Assembly: GCA_002104945.1 (NCBI GenBank)
Contig: MCFH01000059.1
Span: 62,001-126,000 of the forward strand
Reading direction: 5' to 3'
DNA length: 64,000 nucleotides
Source of the DNA: Piromyces finnis finn
Lineage: Eukaryota > Fungi > Neocallimastigomycota
Shown here piece after piece: positions 1 through 14,439 of this stretch. Made by a program: the position numbers and the translations under genes. The notes under the pieces were generated by a model that was not told where the DNA came from, made no database searches, and saw only the letters and a list, made by a program, of their open reading frames with translations. Every line of letters begins with the position of its first letter. Position 1 is the first letter of the stretch.

Positions 1-308
1 ATAATTTTTGATTTTATTTATCTTTTTTTTTTTTTTTTTTTTATTATATATATAAAAAATATTTTATATATTAAAATAAAAATTACTTTGCCTATTTATA
101 AAATTTATTTTTTATTTGTGTATTTATTATTATTATCTATTTTTTTTTACCTATATGGAAAAGATGAAAACACACTAAAATATTTAAAAAAAAAAAAAAA
201 AAAAAAAATAAAAATATAAAATTGTATCTTTTTGTAATAAATATTAATTATTTATTGGTATATAAAATTTAACAATTTCTTTCTTTTTCTTTTTTTTTTA
301 TATACTTT

Positions 309-341
<33 letters not shown>

Positions 342-988
342 ATTAATTATCTAATTCACAAAAAAATTAAAAATTTTCTATTTTTATAAAATGTTTTTTT
401 TATTTTTTTATTTTATTTTTTTTATTTTTTTTTTTTTTTAATTTTATAAAACTATTTTTTTCAATTTCTATAATGGTATTAATTATATAATCATTTAAAA
501 AGAATAACTTTTATAAAAGGTTATTAGTTAAAATAGTTTTATAAAATATATTTTTTCTTTTTCCTTTGTAATAATTATTTGTAAATAAGGTTTTAATTTT
601 TTTTTTAATCTTTTTTTGTTTGTTTTAAAGTTGTTTTATTCCTTTTTCATCGTAAAAGTGAATGACTATTTTGATGATGTTTCATTTTTTATTTATTTTT
701 ATTTTTTATTTTTTTTTTTTTTTCATTGTTTTTAATCATTATTTTATTTTATTTATTATTTTATTTTTTATTTTTTTATTTTTTTTTTTTTACTTTTATT
801 TTGTTCTTATTTTTAATGTCTTTGATTGATGGATTTATCTTTTATCTAATATTCTTTAAACTATCTATAACTTGGTTATAATACTCATTTTATTAATCGA
901 ATAGATGATACTATTTAATTGCTAAAAATATATATATAACTTTTTACTCTTTGGAATTTTTTTTTTCGGAAATAAATAAATAATAATA

Positions 989-1019
<31 letters not shown>

Positions 1020-1660
1020 TTCTATATATATATATATTTTAATATTGATAAAGAATAAATACTTTTTTTATTCTTAGGTATAAAATAAAAAACTATATAT
1101 ATAAAAATATAGTTTAGTTAAAATGATTTATTTGGTATATTAAAAAAAGTATTTTCTTTTTTTCTAGGAAATCTGATGGGTTTTTCTTTCATTTATATTA
1201 TATATTACATATGTATATAAACTGTCTAGTCTTTTAACTGTTGAAGTGTTGATTAAATTTTATATATATTAAATAAAAACGATATATTATTATTATTATT
1301 ACTGTTATTATTTCTTTTGGTGATGGTGATAAAAATGTACTTTTATTAATTTCTAATAGAATCAAAAATATGATATATGTTAAAAAAAAAAAAAGAATTT
1401 AAAAATTTCAATGTTTTTATTACTTCTTTTTCCCTCTTTTGTAGCCTTAAATTTATTTTCAAATGATAAATAGAAATTTAAAACTTTATATTTTTTCTTT
1501 CTCCAATATAATTTCTACTTTATGACAATACCACTAATATTACCTTCTCCATAACCTTTCATTTTCTTATATTTTGATTTCTGCTTTTTTTTTTTTTTAA
1601 TTGTTTCTTTTTCCCTTTCTTCTTCCCCTTTATACATTTATAATCAGTGTCGTCATTTTT

Positions 1661-4600
1661 TTAATTCTTTGAAATTAAGGAATCAACCCATCCCATGATA
1701 TTATTTTGAATATCTTTCATATCATAAAGATGAAAAATTCTTAGTACAGCTTCCAATTCATTTAAATGATCCATTGTGTAATCAGTAAAGTTGTCTTGAA
1801 TGGAAGGACGATGTTGATAATCATCAACCAACTTCAGTGCTTGTATCCATTTCTCTGGAAGATTAGGATTAATACGTTGAATGGTATCATGAAGAGCTTC
1901 CATACGAATCTGATGATTTACTTTATGATTATTATTATGTAATATGTTAAGAATTGAAGATTCTGATGGTAACAATATACTTGCGGAAAAAGGATTAATT
2001 GTTTGATGAGGATTATCAGTAGTACTGGTGTTAAAGCTTTGCAAAGGATTAAGAGATGATGTTCTTACTGGGGGTACTTTTTTTGGATTATTTACATTCA
2101 TGGAAATATCAGAATTGTTTAATGATTTTTGAGAAGTTAAAGGTATAAAGTCATCATTGGGTTGGCGCTCATCTTGACATGAACTAGGTGTGGAAAGAAC
2201 ATTAATAAAATGACTTTTTTCTATTGAGTGCTCAACTGAAGCTGACTCAGAAGTTGAAATATTTTGTTGAGTAGATGCAATGTCTTGTAAACTATTACTT
2301 ATGGTACCTATCAAACCTCCTTGAGGTCTTTGTATACGATAAGAATTGGCATTCGTAGATACAAATTCACGAAGGACGACTTTACTGTTGGAAGAATTTA
2401 CAACAGATTTCATAGAAAGGGATGGTTTTGAGGAAAGCATGGAAACAAAAGAATATTCATGATGTAAATCATTCTTTTCATCATAAGAAGAGGAAGAAGA
2501 TGACATAGATGTCGCTATTGACAAAGGTCTCTTACCCTTCTGACCGACATTAATACTATAGGAATAAAAACTAGGACAATGATCTGATATATCAAAACCA
2601 GATATAACCTCGCTTGGAGTGCTATTAAGCCTATTTATGAAACCGAGTGAGGTATAATTAGTATTGTTATCAAAATCACTTTCAATTTCACCATTCGCTT
2701 CATCTATATCTTCATAGAGACTGATAGAATGACGACTAAGATATTGATGAAGTTTATCCTCAGAATCATTTCTAGACAAGGTACGATTTGGATATTGGCT
2801 ATACTTTGAAGATGCGACATTGATAGTATTAATAGATTGATTAGATCTTTTTAAACCACTGTATTCACTAGAAAGAGAAAGACTATCTTTAATTCTAAAT
2901 GAACGTCTTTCACTATACGAAGTATTAATCGATGTATTAATATCATCTTGATTTTTGTTATCATTATTATCATTATTGCCGTTATCAACCATTTGTATTA
3001 ATGCTGATGGAATTTCAATTCCTTTATCCTCTTTTTGTTTTTTAATCTGTTGATTTTGATTTGTCAATGAGGAATCTTCTGTGATCTTTGTAGTAATCTT
3101 TTCTAATTCTGTCAATTCAAGTGGTTCAACAGTTACTGCTTGTATAGGATTAACAGTTTCCATAGTTTTTTGTTTATCATTTTCTTTTTTAATTTTATAA
3201 GCGTTAATGTCATTTTGATTGGCGTTTCGAGGGTGATCACTATTCTTCTTCTTGAGGGTTTTAATGCCGTTCATCTCTTGCATGGTACTTTCATTGTTCG
3301 ATTCTATAGCTTCTGTGACTATTTCATTGGAATGAATAATGGGTGTAGTCTTTTCTGAGATCAAACCTTCTAAATTTGCACTAAAACCAACATAGCTATC
3401 TATGGGTCTTTTTTTATTGGTTGTAGGGGTAATTAAATCATCAGATTCAAATTCTGTTGATTTTACTTCAGATTCTAGTATAGGTGTCTTTTCATCATCA
3501 GTTTCTGAATCATTTAAGTTCTTACTTACTTCCACTATTGGTCTCTTTTGTTCATGAATTTCGAATGATGTAGATTGGTTAACCTTGATAGGATCATTAC
3601 TTTTTTGAAGATAAAAATTGACATTACTTTTATTAATCTTATTCTCAGAAAGGGAAGTAGACTGAGTAAATGAAGTAGAAATAGATTGCGAAAGTAAATC
3701 ATTAGTTTGATAAGAAACATTTTCTATTTCAAATTCATTTCCTTTTTGTAGTAAAGACGGATGAATATTTACAGAATTATCATTCTCAAAATCAGATTGA
3801 TCATCTATATCAATACAATGATTACTAATATCAAAACTATTCTGTTCATGAAGGAGATACATTGGTATTCCAATAGGATTATCACTTATACCTCCATAGG
3901 ATGATTCATAGGTTGAAATTGTTTTATTCATAGCAACATTCTTATTATAGAAAGGGTTGTTATAATACAAATTATTACTCATATTATGTGATTGATTAAG
4001 AGTACTAATGTTGATATATTTGCTTTCATTTGAATTACTTATATTATTTGTGTTATTATTGTTTATATTGCTAACACTGTTATTTTTATTAAGGGTAGAA
4101 TCATTTGAATCAATTTTACAGATATCAATATTACTTATTGCATTATCCGTAGATGGATCGCTTTGATATAGATGTTGTTTCATTAAACTAAGATTGAATT
4201 GTATAGAATCAGATTTATTTAATGGATTTTGACTGTTATCCATTTTTTCCGAATTTGTACAGTTAGCAACAAAAAATGAAGAAATATCCTTGCTTTTGTC
4301 AAAACTCGTTAAATGCATTTTTGAATCGGTGACGGAAATAACGATTGGAGCATAGAGACAAATTAAATATTTAATAATTTCAGTTTCACAATATTTCTTC
4401 ATACAATTCTCCACGACAAGACAACACATTAGCTCTAAAAGAGTATATTCATTATCAAAGAGTTCCTTATTAATGTCACTTTTAAAAATAGTCGGTCTTT
4501 TGTGTTTTGGAACAATATTTACACCCATATAAAGTGCAGTGAGACAAAGTTGTAAAGGATTCATTCGATGAACTAAATCGTAAGAATCAATTAATTCACT

Positions 4601-6661
4601 AACAATTACATCGTAATCTGGGTATATACTGGAGGCAAATTCTAGTAATTCAGCGATAAAATATGCTATTCTGCTCCAGAGATGAGGAGGGAAAATAAAA
4701 TATCGAAGAAGTATATTTATATGTTGTTCATCACTTTTTTCCATACAAATTCGTATTAGATTATATTGTATAAAATTATTATGAGAAGTCCAAGAACATG
4801 ATTTCAATTGAAATTTCAAAAGACGCTCGATTAAAAACTGATCCTGAGTACTGACCATTTGGGAAATTTCCTGTATACATTCTTCATATCCAGATTTTAA
4901 CCAATGATCTATGAATTCACCTAATTTCCAATTACCCATTCTATAAAATAAGATTTTTTTTTTTTTACAATTACATTAATAATATAATATAATAACAAAA
5001 TAACAATAATTAGTACATTAATAAAAAAAAAGTTATTTCAATATATAATAAAAGAAAAAAAAAAAAAGGGGGAATTTATGCATATAGTATAAAATATATA
5101 TTTTATATTTGAAAACATTCTTAAATAATACATAAGTAATAGTATAAAAAAATCAATGTAATCCTAATTACGTTTTGAATTTATGATTTTACCTTTGATG
5201 TTGTTCATTCAATGGGAAAATACTCCAAAAACATGCAACGTTATCAGCGAAATATTGAGAAACTTTTTTCACTACTGATTGAATGGTATCTAAAGATCTA
5301 TCAGGAAGACCACAATAAATACGAATTTCATCATCTTCGGGATAATCATCTGTTGTCATCGATGAATTAATTATAATTTTATTCTCGGAATCATTTATAA
5401 TATTTATGGTTTCAGTAGAAATAGGTGTAGATACTTTATCATATTCTGAATGTTCACTGATATTATCCAAGTTATTATTTATTGAATGGTTAGCTTGGAT
5501 AGGATAAATTTCATTTTCCTGAATATCTGAAGCATTAGATTCAGACAATAATTCTGGTATACTAGAGGTATTATTGGAAGTAGTATCTTGAAATATTTGT
5601 GGTTGAGAAGGTTTTTTGATGACGGAAGATAATTTGCTTTCTAAAGGATCATTAAAACTATTCTTAATTTTTTCTTTTTCATCATCCAAAGTGTTATTTT
5701 GATTTTTTGCTGAATCAAAATTAGTGATATGTTCTTTGGTAGTTACCGTTGAAGATGATAATGAATATTCTTCTAGTAAGGTTGGTAAAGAATTAGTAGG
5801 ATCAATATCCGAAGCTGCTGGTAATTCACTAATACTATCAAAAGAATATATCTTATTTTGATCGATATAGATGCCAGAAGGATCTGTAAGTTTAGTAGGA
5901 TTTAATGTGGGTTGAGTTTCTTCATTAATAGTATTAGTAGGTTGAAGATTGGCTGAATTGGCATTATTGGATATTTTACTATTAATACTATTATTATCTT
6001 GTTTTTCCTCTAATTTTACTGTCTCAGCTTTATCCGATAGTTTTGAAGATGGTACAATTTGGGTATCATTTTTTTGAACTGGTAAAGTTTCAGCTTCAAC
6101 AATTTCTACAGAAGAAAAAATTGGTTGTTTTCTTTTTTTAAAAATCTTTTTTATATTTAATTTTTGATAAATATGACTTTTTCTTGTTTTGCGTTTATCA
6201 CCTTTTTGTGACTTTTTCTGTTTGATTTCCAAAGATATTTTAGGTTTAATTTTATGTTCAGTTGTGATCTCAGATGATTTATCATCAGATTGTAAATCCA
6301 TAACAAAATTATCGGTAATTGGCCTTATGTTAGAAGCTTCTGAAAAATTATGATGAAACACTGAATTATTTTGAATAGTAATATGGCTGAGAGCATGACT
6401 GATAGTGCTTTGAGAATTTTTATGATTGATTTTATTTTTTGTTGATTTTAGTGATTTGCTATGTTTATGATACGATATATGAAATGGTTTCTTAAGCATG
6501 ACAATCAAAGAATTCATTAATGATTTATTGCTATCTCCATAAAATTGATTTACATTAATAATAGAATCAATAGTCTGATTTCCAATAATGCTTACATTCT
6601 GAATTTCATCTTCATTTTCTTTCTTTTCCTTTTTCTTATTTCTTTTTATTAAAGTATTCAT
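1661..6661 (-). CDS. Large orphan protein (~1,582 aa), two exons (6661-5193, 4940-1661); mostly Ser/Asn-rich disordered, with a central helical globular region
   Basis: The 490-aa and 1092-aa ORFs join in frame: donor CAAAG|gtaaaa (intron 5192-4941), acceptor tatag|A ATG GGT, giving ...HQ-R-MGNWK. Total 4,749 nt, divisible by 3. No family recognised. Confidence 0.8.
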
Positions 6662-9600
6662 ATTGATGATTCATATATGTTTGTGAAATAAATTAATATT
6701 AAAAAAAAAATTATATTATGGTAAAATAAATTATATATAAATAAAAAAAATCTTGATTGATTTTAAAAGTAATCTGTGTTGGAGTTATCAAATAACTAAC
6801 GTTGAAGAAATACAGTTATAAAGTAATAAGGAGAAAATATTTCTTTTTTGTAGCTTGAAAGTTATTTTTTTCTCTATTGTTTATTATTTATTTCTGTAGT
6901 AAATTGGTTATGTTTTTTTTTCCAAAATTTTTTTTTCATATCACTAAATAAAAAGATAAATTTTATACTGCGAATGTATTTTTCTTTTTTTCGTATAAAA
7001 AGGTTAAAAAATAAATATATATTAATTATTTCTATATTTTAAAATGTAATTAAAAAATAATAAAAAAAAAATTAAATATAAAATATCTTCTTATAAATAT
7101 ACACGTATATATGATTTTTTTTGTTGATTTAATTTTTCTTATATTGAAATATTGTTATATATAGTTTGTTGAATATTACTCTTTATATAATATTTATATA
7201 AAAATTTTGTTTTTCTTTTAGTAAAAAAAAAAAATTGAAATATTTCTAATTCATAAATTATAGCACCATTAACTATAAATTATACTCTTTTTTTATTTCA
7301 ATATATTATAAAAAGATTTTTTTTATAAATAGAAAAAAAAAAGAGAATGTTCAGAAAATTATATTTTAAGATAATTAAAAATTAATTTTAAATAGCGTTT
7401 AGTTTAATAAATAATTGTTCTTAAAAGAATCATACATTTTTATTAGTATTCTTCATTAATTGAATATTGAGTGTGTATGTTTGAAAAAAGTTTTTATATT
7501 ATTTATTAAAAAGAAAAGTAATAAATAATATATAAATAACAATTAAGTTTGTATTATAAAGTAATATATCAACCACTTTAAATACGTTTATTTTCACAAA
7601 ATTGTATTTTTTATATAAAGATTCAACAACAACAAAAAAGTATTATATTTTTGTCCGAAATTGTGTATACTTATTTGATATTTTTTGTTTTAATAAACAA
7701 GATATAAAATATATAAAAATATTAGAATTAATTAACCAAAATACTTTAAATTTATTGAGGGTTGTTAAAAATTTTAATTTTTATTAAAAAATAAAAAAGG
7801 TGATTAAATACACAAATGTATTATCTTTATTATTCTTTTTATCCTTTAAAGTCTATTTTTAAAAAAGTATGAAAAAAAAAGAAAGAAGAAATATTTACCT
7901 TAATATATTTCCATTAGTCAAATATTAAGTATATCCTTATATTAAATGTCTTTCCTATGAATAATTTTTTTCTTTTTTTCTTTTTTTTTTTTTTTTGAAA
8001 TATGGATATATGATAGGAATTAAATAAACATTAATATCAATGGGTTGTTTTATCTTTTATAAAAGTATTGAATGACAAATCATCAAAGTAAAAATAAACA
8101 AATGGTATATTATTATCACTCTATTAATAGATGGAGAAACGATTTATAAAAAGTTTTTATTTCTTTATATCTATAATACAAAATAAATTCTTTTTTTATT
8201 TATTTGATATTTGATATTCAAACGTTGTTCATTCTTTAATTACACTTTTATCAATTGAAATTTCTTAATAAAAATCAAGCTTTTCAAAGACGTTTACTTT
8301 TTTTTTAGATTCAATAAGAAATCACTTTAATACTACAATTTTATAAATCCATCAAAAGGTCTATTTTGATATAATAAAATTGCTTCTATTATATAGAATC
8401 AAAATAGAGATAAATCTATAAAAGATTAAAAAAAAAATATAAAAAAGAATAATTATTTATAAAAAAAAAAAAAAGATAAACCCCTTTCCTTTCAAAATGA
8501 AATTAATAATAAAATATAATTTATTTAAAATATATTGAGAGAATAGAAATTAATAAATTGTAATTGATAACTTGATATATTATAATTATTAAAAAAAAAA
8601 AGATTACAAATTTTTTTTTATTCTATTCTAATAAATTATTTTGTAAACTAAATATATGAATGACATATTTATTTATTATGTATTATATTTCAATTTATGA
8701 TTCACATTTATTACCATTATATTATTATATTATCAATTTATTTATTAAAATTTTAATTTATTTTATTTTATTAATAAAAATGTTAAATATATTTTATATA
8801 TTATTAGTATATATTAGATTATAATTTAAATTTATATTATTAAACAAAAATTATTATTTATTTAATTATTAATAATTTGTTCATTGAATTAAATTTATTT
8901 ATTTTAATATTTATTCATACATTTATATAATTAATAGTTAAAACATCCACATTCTAATATTTATTTATTTTATCCATTAACTTTAATTAATAAAGAATCA
9001 ATTTTTAATAATTTTTAATTAAAAAATTTAATTAGCACAAAAAATTCTTTGAATTTCATTGGCTAAATATTTAATTATAATTTTTATAATTTAATAAAAA
9101 TAATTATAATTATAATAGTAATACCAAAAAGTAACAAAGCAGTCATGTCATGTCTAAATGAAAGCTTTGAAATAAATATAAAGTTTTCTTTTTATTATGA
9201 TAACTTTTATTATCTATTAAATTTTTAGAATTAATAATTACTGTTTAAAAAAGTATCCATCATATAATGGAAGAAAGATAAATAGTCTTTTTAAAAAGAA
9301 AGATTTTTCACTACAAAATTAATACTAATAAAAAGAAGAGAAATTATTAATAGAATAGGAAATATTTAATGAATGTAAAGATAATTAATGAAATGAAATC
9401 AAATTTTATTTACTTTCAAATATGAAATAGTATATAGTATATTAATGGGAAGAAAAGATATAATTATTAGAAGATATAATTATCATTATACTCATCAAAT
9501 AAGTTACAAATAGTATTATGAGTATTAACAATAACTCAATTAAAATTGTTATTATTAATATCTTTAATTAATAGTTATATTTGTTACTATTATCATTATC

Positions 9601-12600
9601 ATTTAGTATTCTTATTTTCCTATTTCTATTTTAAATATAATAATATATTCATGAAATATTTCGTATATTAATAAAAACGAATTTATATTATAAATTTCAT
9701 TATCTATATTATAATTTTATAAAATTAATTATTAATAATATTTATTATATTTTTTTTATTACTGTATCAATATTACTATTAATATTAATTTAATAGAAAT
9801 TCTAAACCATATTAATTATAAAATTATTATTTCTATACAATTTTATTATTTAATATTATTAGTTAATCAATTAATAATAATTGTAAAGTAAAGAATTAAA
9901 TTGTTATTATTTATGTAATAGAAATATTTAATGACTAATATATAATTAGTTTTTTTAAAGTATTAAGAAATGTAATTTGATTTCAAGAAAGTATCGTTAA
10001 TGATACTGGTATAAGAAATGCGTTTTGTATATTATCATATAAATAAATAAAAAGTTTATAAAAAAAAAAGACTTGATTCATATATATTATTCATTTTTAA
10101 TGTTATTACTGATAAGCGTACCTTTTCTCAAAAAGAAAAGAAAAAAAAAATTAAATAAATGAATAAATAAATGTTATTGAAAAATTTTATTTATTAATAA
10201 TTTATTCATTTACTTTTGCATTACGATTTATTTGTTTAATAATATATTTATCCATTTATTTATTTATATTTTTATCTATTTTTAATATTTAATATTATAT
10301 TCTAATATATTATAATTTTATATATTAATATTTTAATACCAAAAAAAGAAATTTATTTACATTACATTTCCATAAAGGTAAGTATTCCAAATAAGGAAAG
10401 TATTGTAAAAATGTAAACATAGCAGTAAATTACAATATACTAGTAATATATGGAATATATTTATAATTAATAAATGTTCAATATAAATGCACTTTATTTC
10501 TTTTTTTTAAAGTTGCTGAAAATTGAAACTTTAAAATAAATAAAACTGAAATTTAATATATTAGAGTATACTGTAATAAATAGAAATAAATGAATCTGCG
10601 AATGAAATAATTTCTTTATTTTATTTTATAAAAGAAATTTTGAAATATTCAAAGAGAAGTAGCGGTAGTGATGGTGGTGGTGCCTAGCAAGGCTATTTAT
10701 AATAATATTAAAATACAAAAAGAATATAGAAAAAATGAATTGATGGGTTTAGAAAAGATATTACAATTATATATATAGTGTAATAGTTTTAACTAAATAT
10801 AATAATAATAAAAATAGTATAAGAATATATAATGATCAATGATAATTATTACTGTTATAATCATATTATCCTTTTTTGTAAGCGTTAATTATTATTACTA
10901 TAATTATTCAATTTTTTTTCTTTTCTTAATAAAAACGACTTTTAAAATTACGAATTATTATAGAAGAAAAATTAAAAAAAAAAAAAATACCTATAAATGA
11001 ATATTTTATAATTGATACTTTCTTTTACATAACCTTTTTCTTTTTTTTTATAATTAAATTTAAAAAGGAAATATTAAATTGAAGTATTATTTTGATATTT
11101 AATATGAAATGAGTTATTAATTTTTTTAAAAAAAACCAGAATGAAAAAATGTTAATTTGATATATAGAAATTTAATTATTATTATTTAGTATTATTTAGA
11201 ATTACTAATATTGTTAAAATATAAATGAATGATTACTTGTAATACTTTAACTAATAATATATATAATGTATTGAGGAAATAACAAAAAATGAAAAAAGTT
11301 TAAAGATATATAGAATAAACTTATATATTAAATATTATTAATATATTAAAGTAATAATTTATGAAAAAAATTGAAAAAAAAGAAAAGCTAATGGAAAAGC
11401 TTTAATCATATGTAAAAGATAATATAATGAAATTTAAATAATTTTTAATTTTTACTTTAAGTTGGTAGTAGTAATAAAAAGGAAATAAGCTATATATACA
11501 TATAATAAATCCATTTTTAAAAAAGAAAAAAAAACAATACATATAAAGATATACAACGTGATAAATAAATAAAGTATCATATAATAAAATATTATAAAAT
11601 ACTTCTACATGAAATGAGAAAAATTATAGAATTTTAGTAATAATTGTAATTTATAAAAAGTACTTCATATTCTAAAAGTAATAATATATACATATATAGT
11701 TATTTCATTAATATTATTATTTATACTCATATAATTAAAAACGAATACTTCAAATTTTTATTTTACTAATCTTGGCATTGATTTGTAATTAAAAGATGTT
11801 TATAAAGTTTCTTTTTCTTAATAATATTATTTTGAATGATGTAAATCTTAATGCCTTGTATTAACAGAAGATTTATAACATATTTTTTAATAAAACAAAA
11901 TATATAATTAAAAAGGGAAAGTGATAATATTGGGTATATACAAATATCTGATTTATAACAAAAATAAAAAATTATTAATTACAACTTTTTTAAGGTTTAA
12001 CCTTTAAATATTTTTGTATTATTGGTAAATTTTTAAAAAAAAACTTTTTTATTAAAAAAAAAAAAATAATAAAAAAAAAAAATAATAGTTGATTTTAATA
12101 CATTATTTGTGTAGAGTAATACTAATTTAAATGAAGTTTTCAAAAATAACTATTTTTTTTATAAGAATTTAATAATTATTTTAATATTTAACAATATTTT
12201 TATTTTATTTTATTTTATTTTATTACCAACATTTATATATATATATCATTCCCTTAAAAATAATAAATTAAAGGGTTTATTAAATATTGTCTGAAACTTT
12301 TTCGATAGTTTATTTAAAATTTTGTATTTAACAACAATTCTAATTATTTAATTTTTAAAATTTTAAAAAATTTAAAGTTTAAAGATTATTTCTTTTTATT
12401 ATAGAAAAATGAATTTTGCAATAAACAATAATATTGCAATAAACTTTGTGAAATAAAGTTAAGAAAAAAAAAAAAAAAAAACTAAATATATAGTTAAAGA
12501 GTAATTAGTTTTATATATTATTAATTTGTTGATAAATAAAATTTTTAGTACTAATTCATTTCATTTTCAATTATTAATACTTGTCATTAACATTCAAACA

Positions 12601-12678
12601 TATATATATATTTTTAATCCCCATTTCATTTATTAATTTTTGTAATACTATTCAACTAATAAAAATAAAAGAAAAAAA

Positions 12679-13824
12679 ATGATTAGTCAAGCTGAAGCTG
12701 GTCCAAGAAAAGTTAGAGTTGCTAAAAAACTTGTTGTTAAAGATAAATCACCAGTCTCTTCCACTAAAAATTTATCTAGTAAATTTCAAAATATGAGTAT
12801 TGAAGATAATTCAGATAAAATTACTCCTGAATATGTTTCAAAATTAAAAGCTCCAACTTCAGGTTTTTTATGTCCATTAACAAAGAACAAATATATTCAA
12901 TTCAAGGGATTTAAAATTCGTGATGTAGATTCTGGTGAAATATTTTATAATGTTTCTGATCCAACAGATCCAGAACCATTTGATACTTTCATGAAAGGTG
13001 TAGACGATTCCTACCGTACCCTTCATTATGAATTCTCTAAGAATTATTTAAAAGGAAAACACATCGGTACCACGTATGTACACTACATTTATATAAAAAT
13101 ACTAATAATTACAAAAAGGAATAAAAATAATATAGAATAAAATAAAATATTATTTCTCTAATAGTATTGAATTTTTTTTCTATTTTATATTAATAAAGCG
13201 TTGAATTTGCCACTTGTCCAGAAGCTATTCCAAACTTCCGTATGATTGAACGTCATTACTTTAAAGATAAACTTATAAAATCTTTTGATTTTAGTTTTGG
13301 TTTTTGTGTAAGTTTAAATATAAATAAAAAAATAATTAAATATTTAATTTTTTTTTTAATTACAAATTACAAATTATTAAATAAAAATTTTATTTTAAAT
13401 TATCTTTTCTTTTTTTCTCTCTCTTTTTAATAGATTCCAAATAGTAGAAATACTTGGGAAAATGTATATGAAGTAAGTTCTCTATAGACAAATTAATGAA
13501 TAATAATTGAATGAATCTATATTATTTTAAATAAATATTAAATTAAATAATATTATTAATTTTAATTTCATTTTCTTTTAAATTTCAATGTAATTTATAG
13601 GTTCCAAAAATTTCTTCCAGTTTATGTAATTATTATTATTATTATTATTATTATTTACTAATAAATAATTATATATTTATAATAATAAATACTGACACCT
13701 AATTTATTTTTACTTATTAGACAAAGAAATGTTACAAAATCCAGAACAAACATGTTCTGATAGTTTTTACTTTATAAATGATAAACTTTTCATGCATAAT
13801 AAGGCCTATTTCACTTTTAAATGA
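12679..13824 (+). CDS. UNC119: UNC119 (GMP-PDE delta family) lipidated-cargo carrier, 5 exons
   Basis: Spliced product contains [55 protein letters not shown] and C-terminal [22 protein letters not shown], all UNC119 hallmarks. Canonical GT-AG introns. Confidence 0.93.
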
Positions 13825-14439
13825 GTGAATTTAATTAAAATCTAATCAATCAATACATATTTTAAATAATATTTTAATATTTTACATAAAGACATAAAAA
13901 TGAATTTATTTAAAAAAATAATATAGTATCAAAAAAAACTAATAAAGAACAACATATTATATTAAAAATATAAAAATTAAAAACAATGATAATAATAATA
14001 AAAAAAACTATGTATTTTATTTGTATTTGTTTTTATTAGAGTTGACTCAAAATTAATTTAAATTTTCCATTATAAATAATCATTATATTTAAAAAAATAT
14101 TTTAAATTATTTATTGTGAAAAATTTAATGGAATATTTATTTTGCTTAATATATATATATATTTTTTTTTTAAAAAAAAACATAAAACATTCATGAAAGG
14201 ATAGTGAGGTAATCATTTAGTGTATATATATTATATATTATGCATATTTTATTAATAGACATAATATTCAAAATTGAAAATTGAGATATGTTAATTTAAA
14301 ATTATATTTTGTTTATATATTTACAAACTATATTTATATATTAATGTAAAATAATGAAAAACAAAAAATTCTATTTTTTTTTATTTTAATTGCATATGTG
14401 ATTATTAAAAATTAAATAAATATTGTATTTATCCTATTT

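Noticed and set aside
3140-3720. Short ORFs overlapping real genes (3140, 3535, 14731, 17625, 20623, 25842, 29065, 29656, 32831, 33224, 34832, 63630 and similar)
   Set aside because: Antisense or off-frame shadows of coding exons, or intron read-through, with no independent support.
6662-12678. 6-kb intergenic stretch with slightly more complex patches (7900-8420, 9120-9190, 10655-10700) and a 61-aa ORF at 7602
   Set aside because: All frames I tried are broken by stops, and I found no terminal repeats or recognisable transposon motifs. At most this is unidentifiable eroded sequence.
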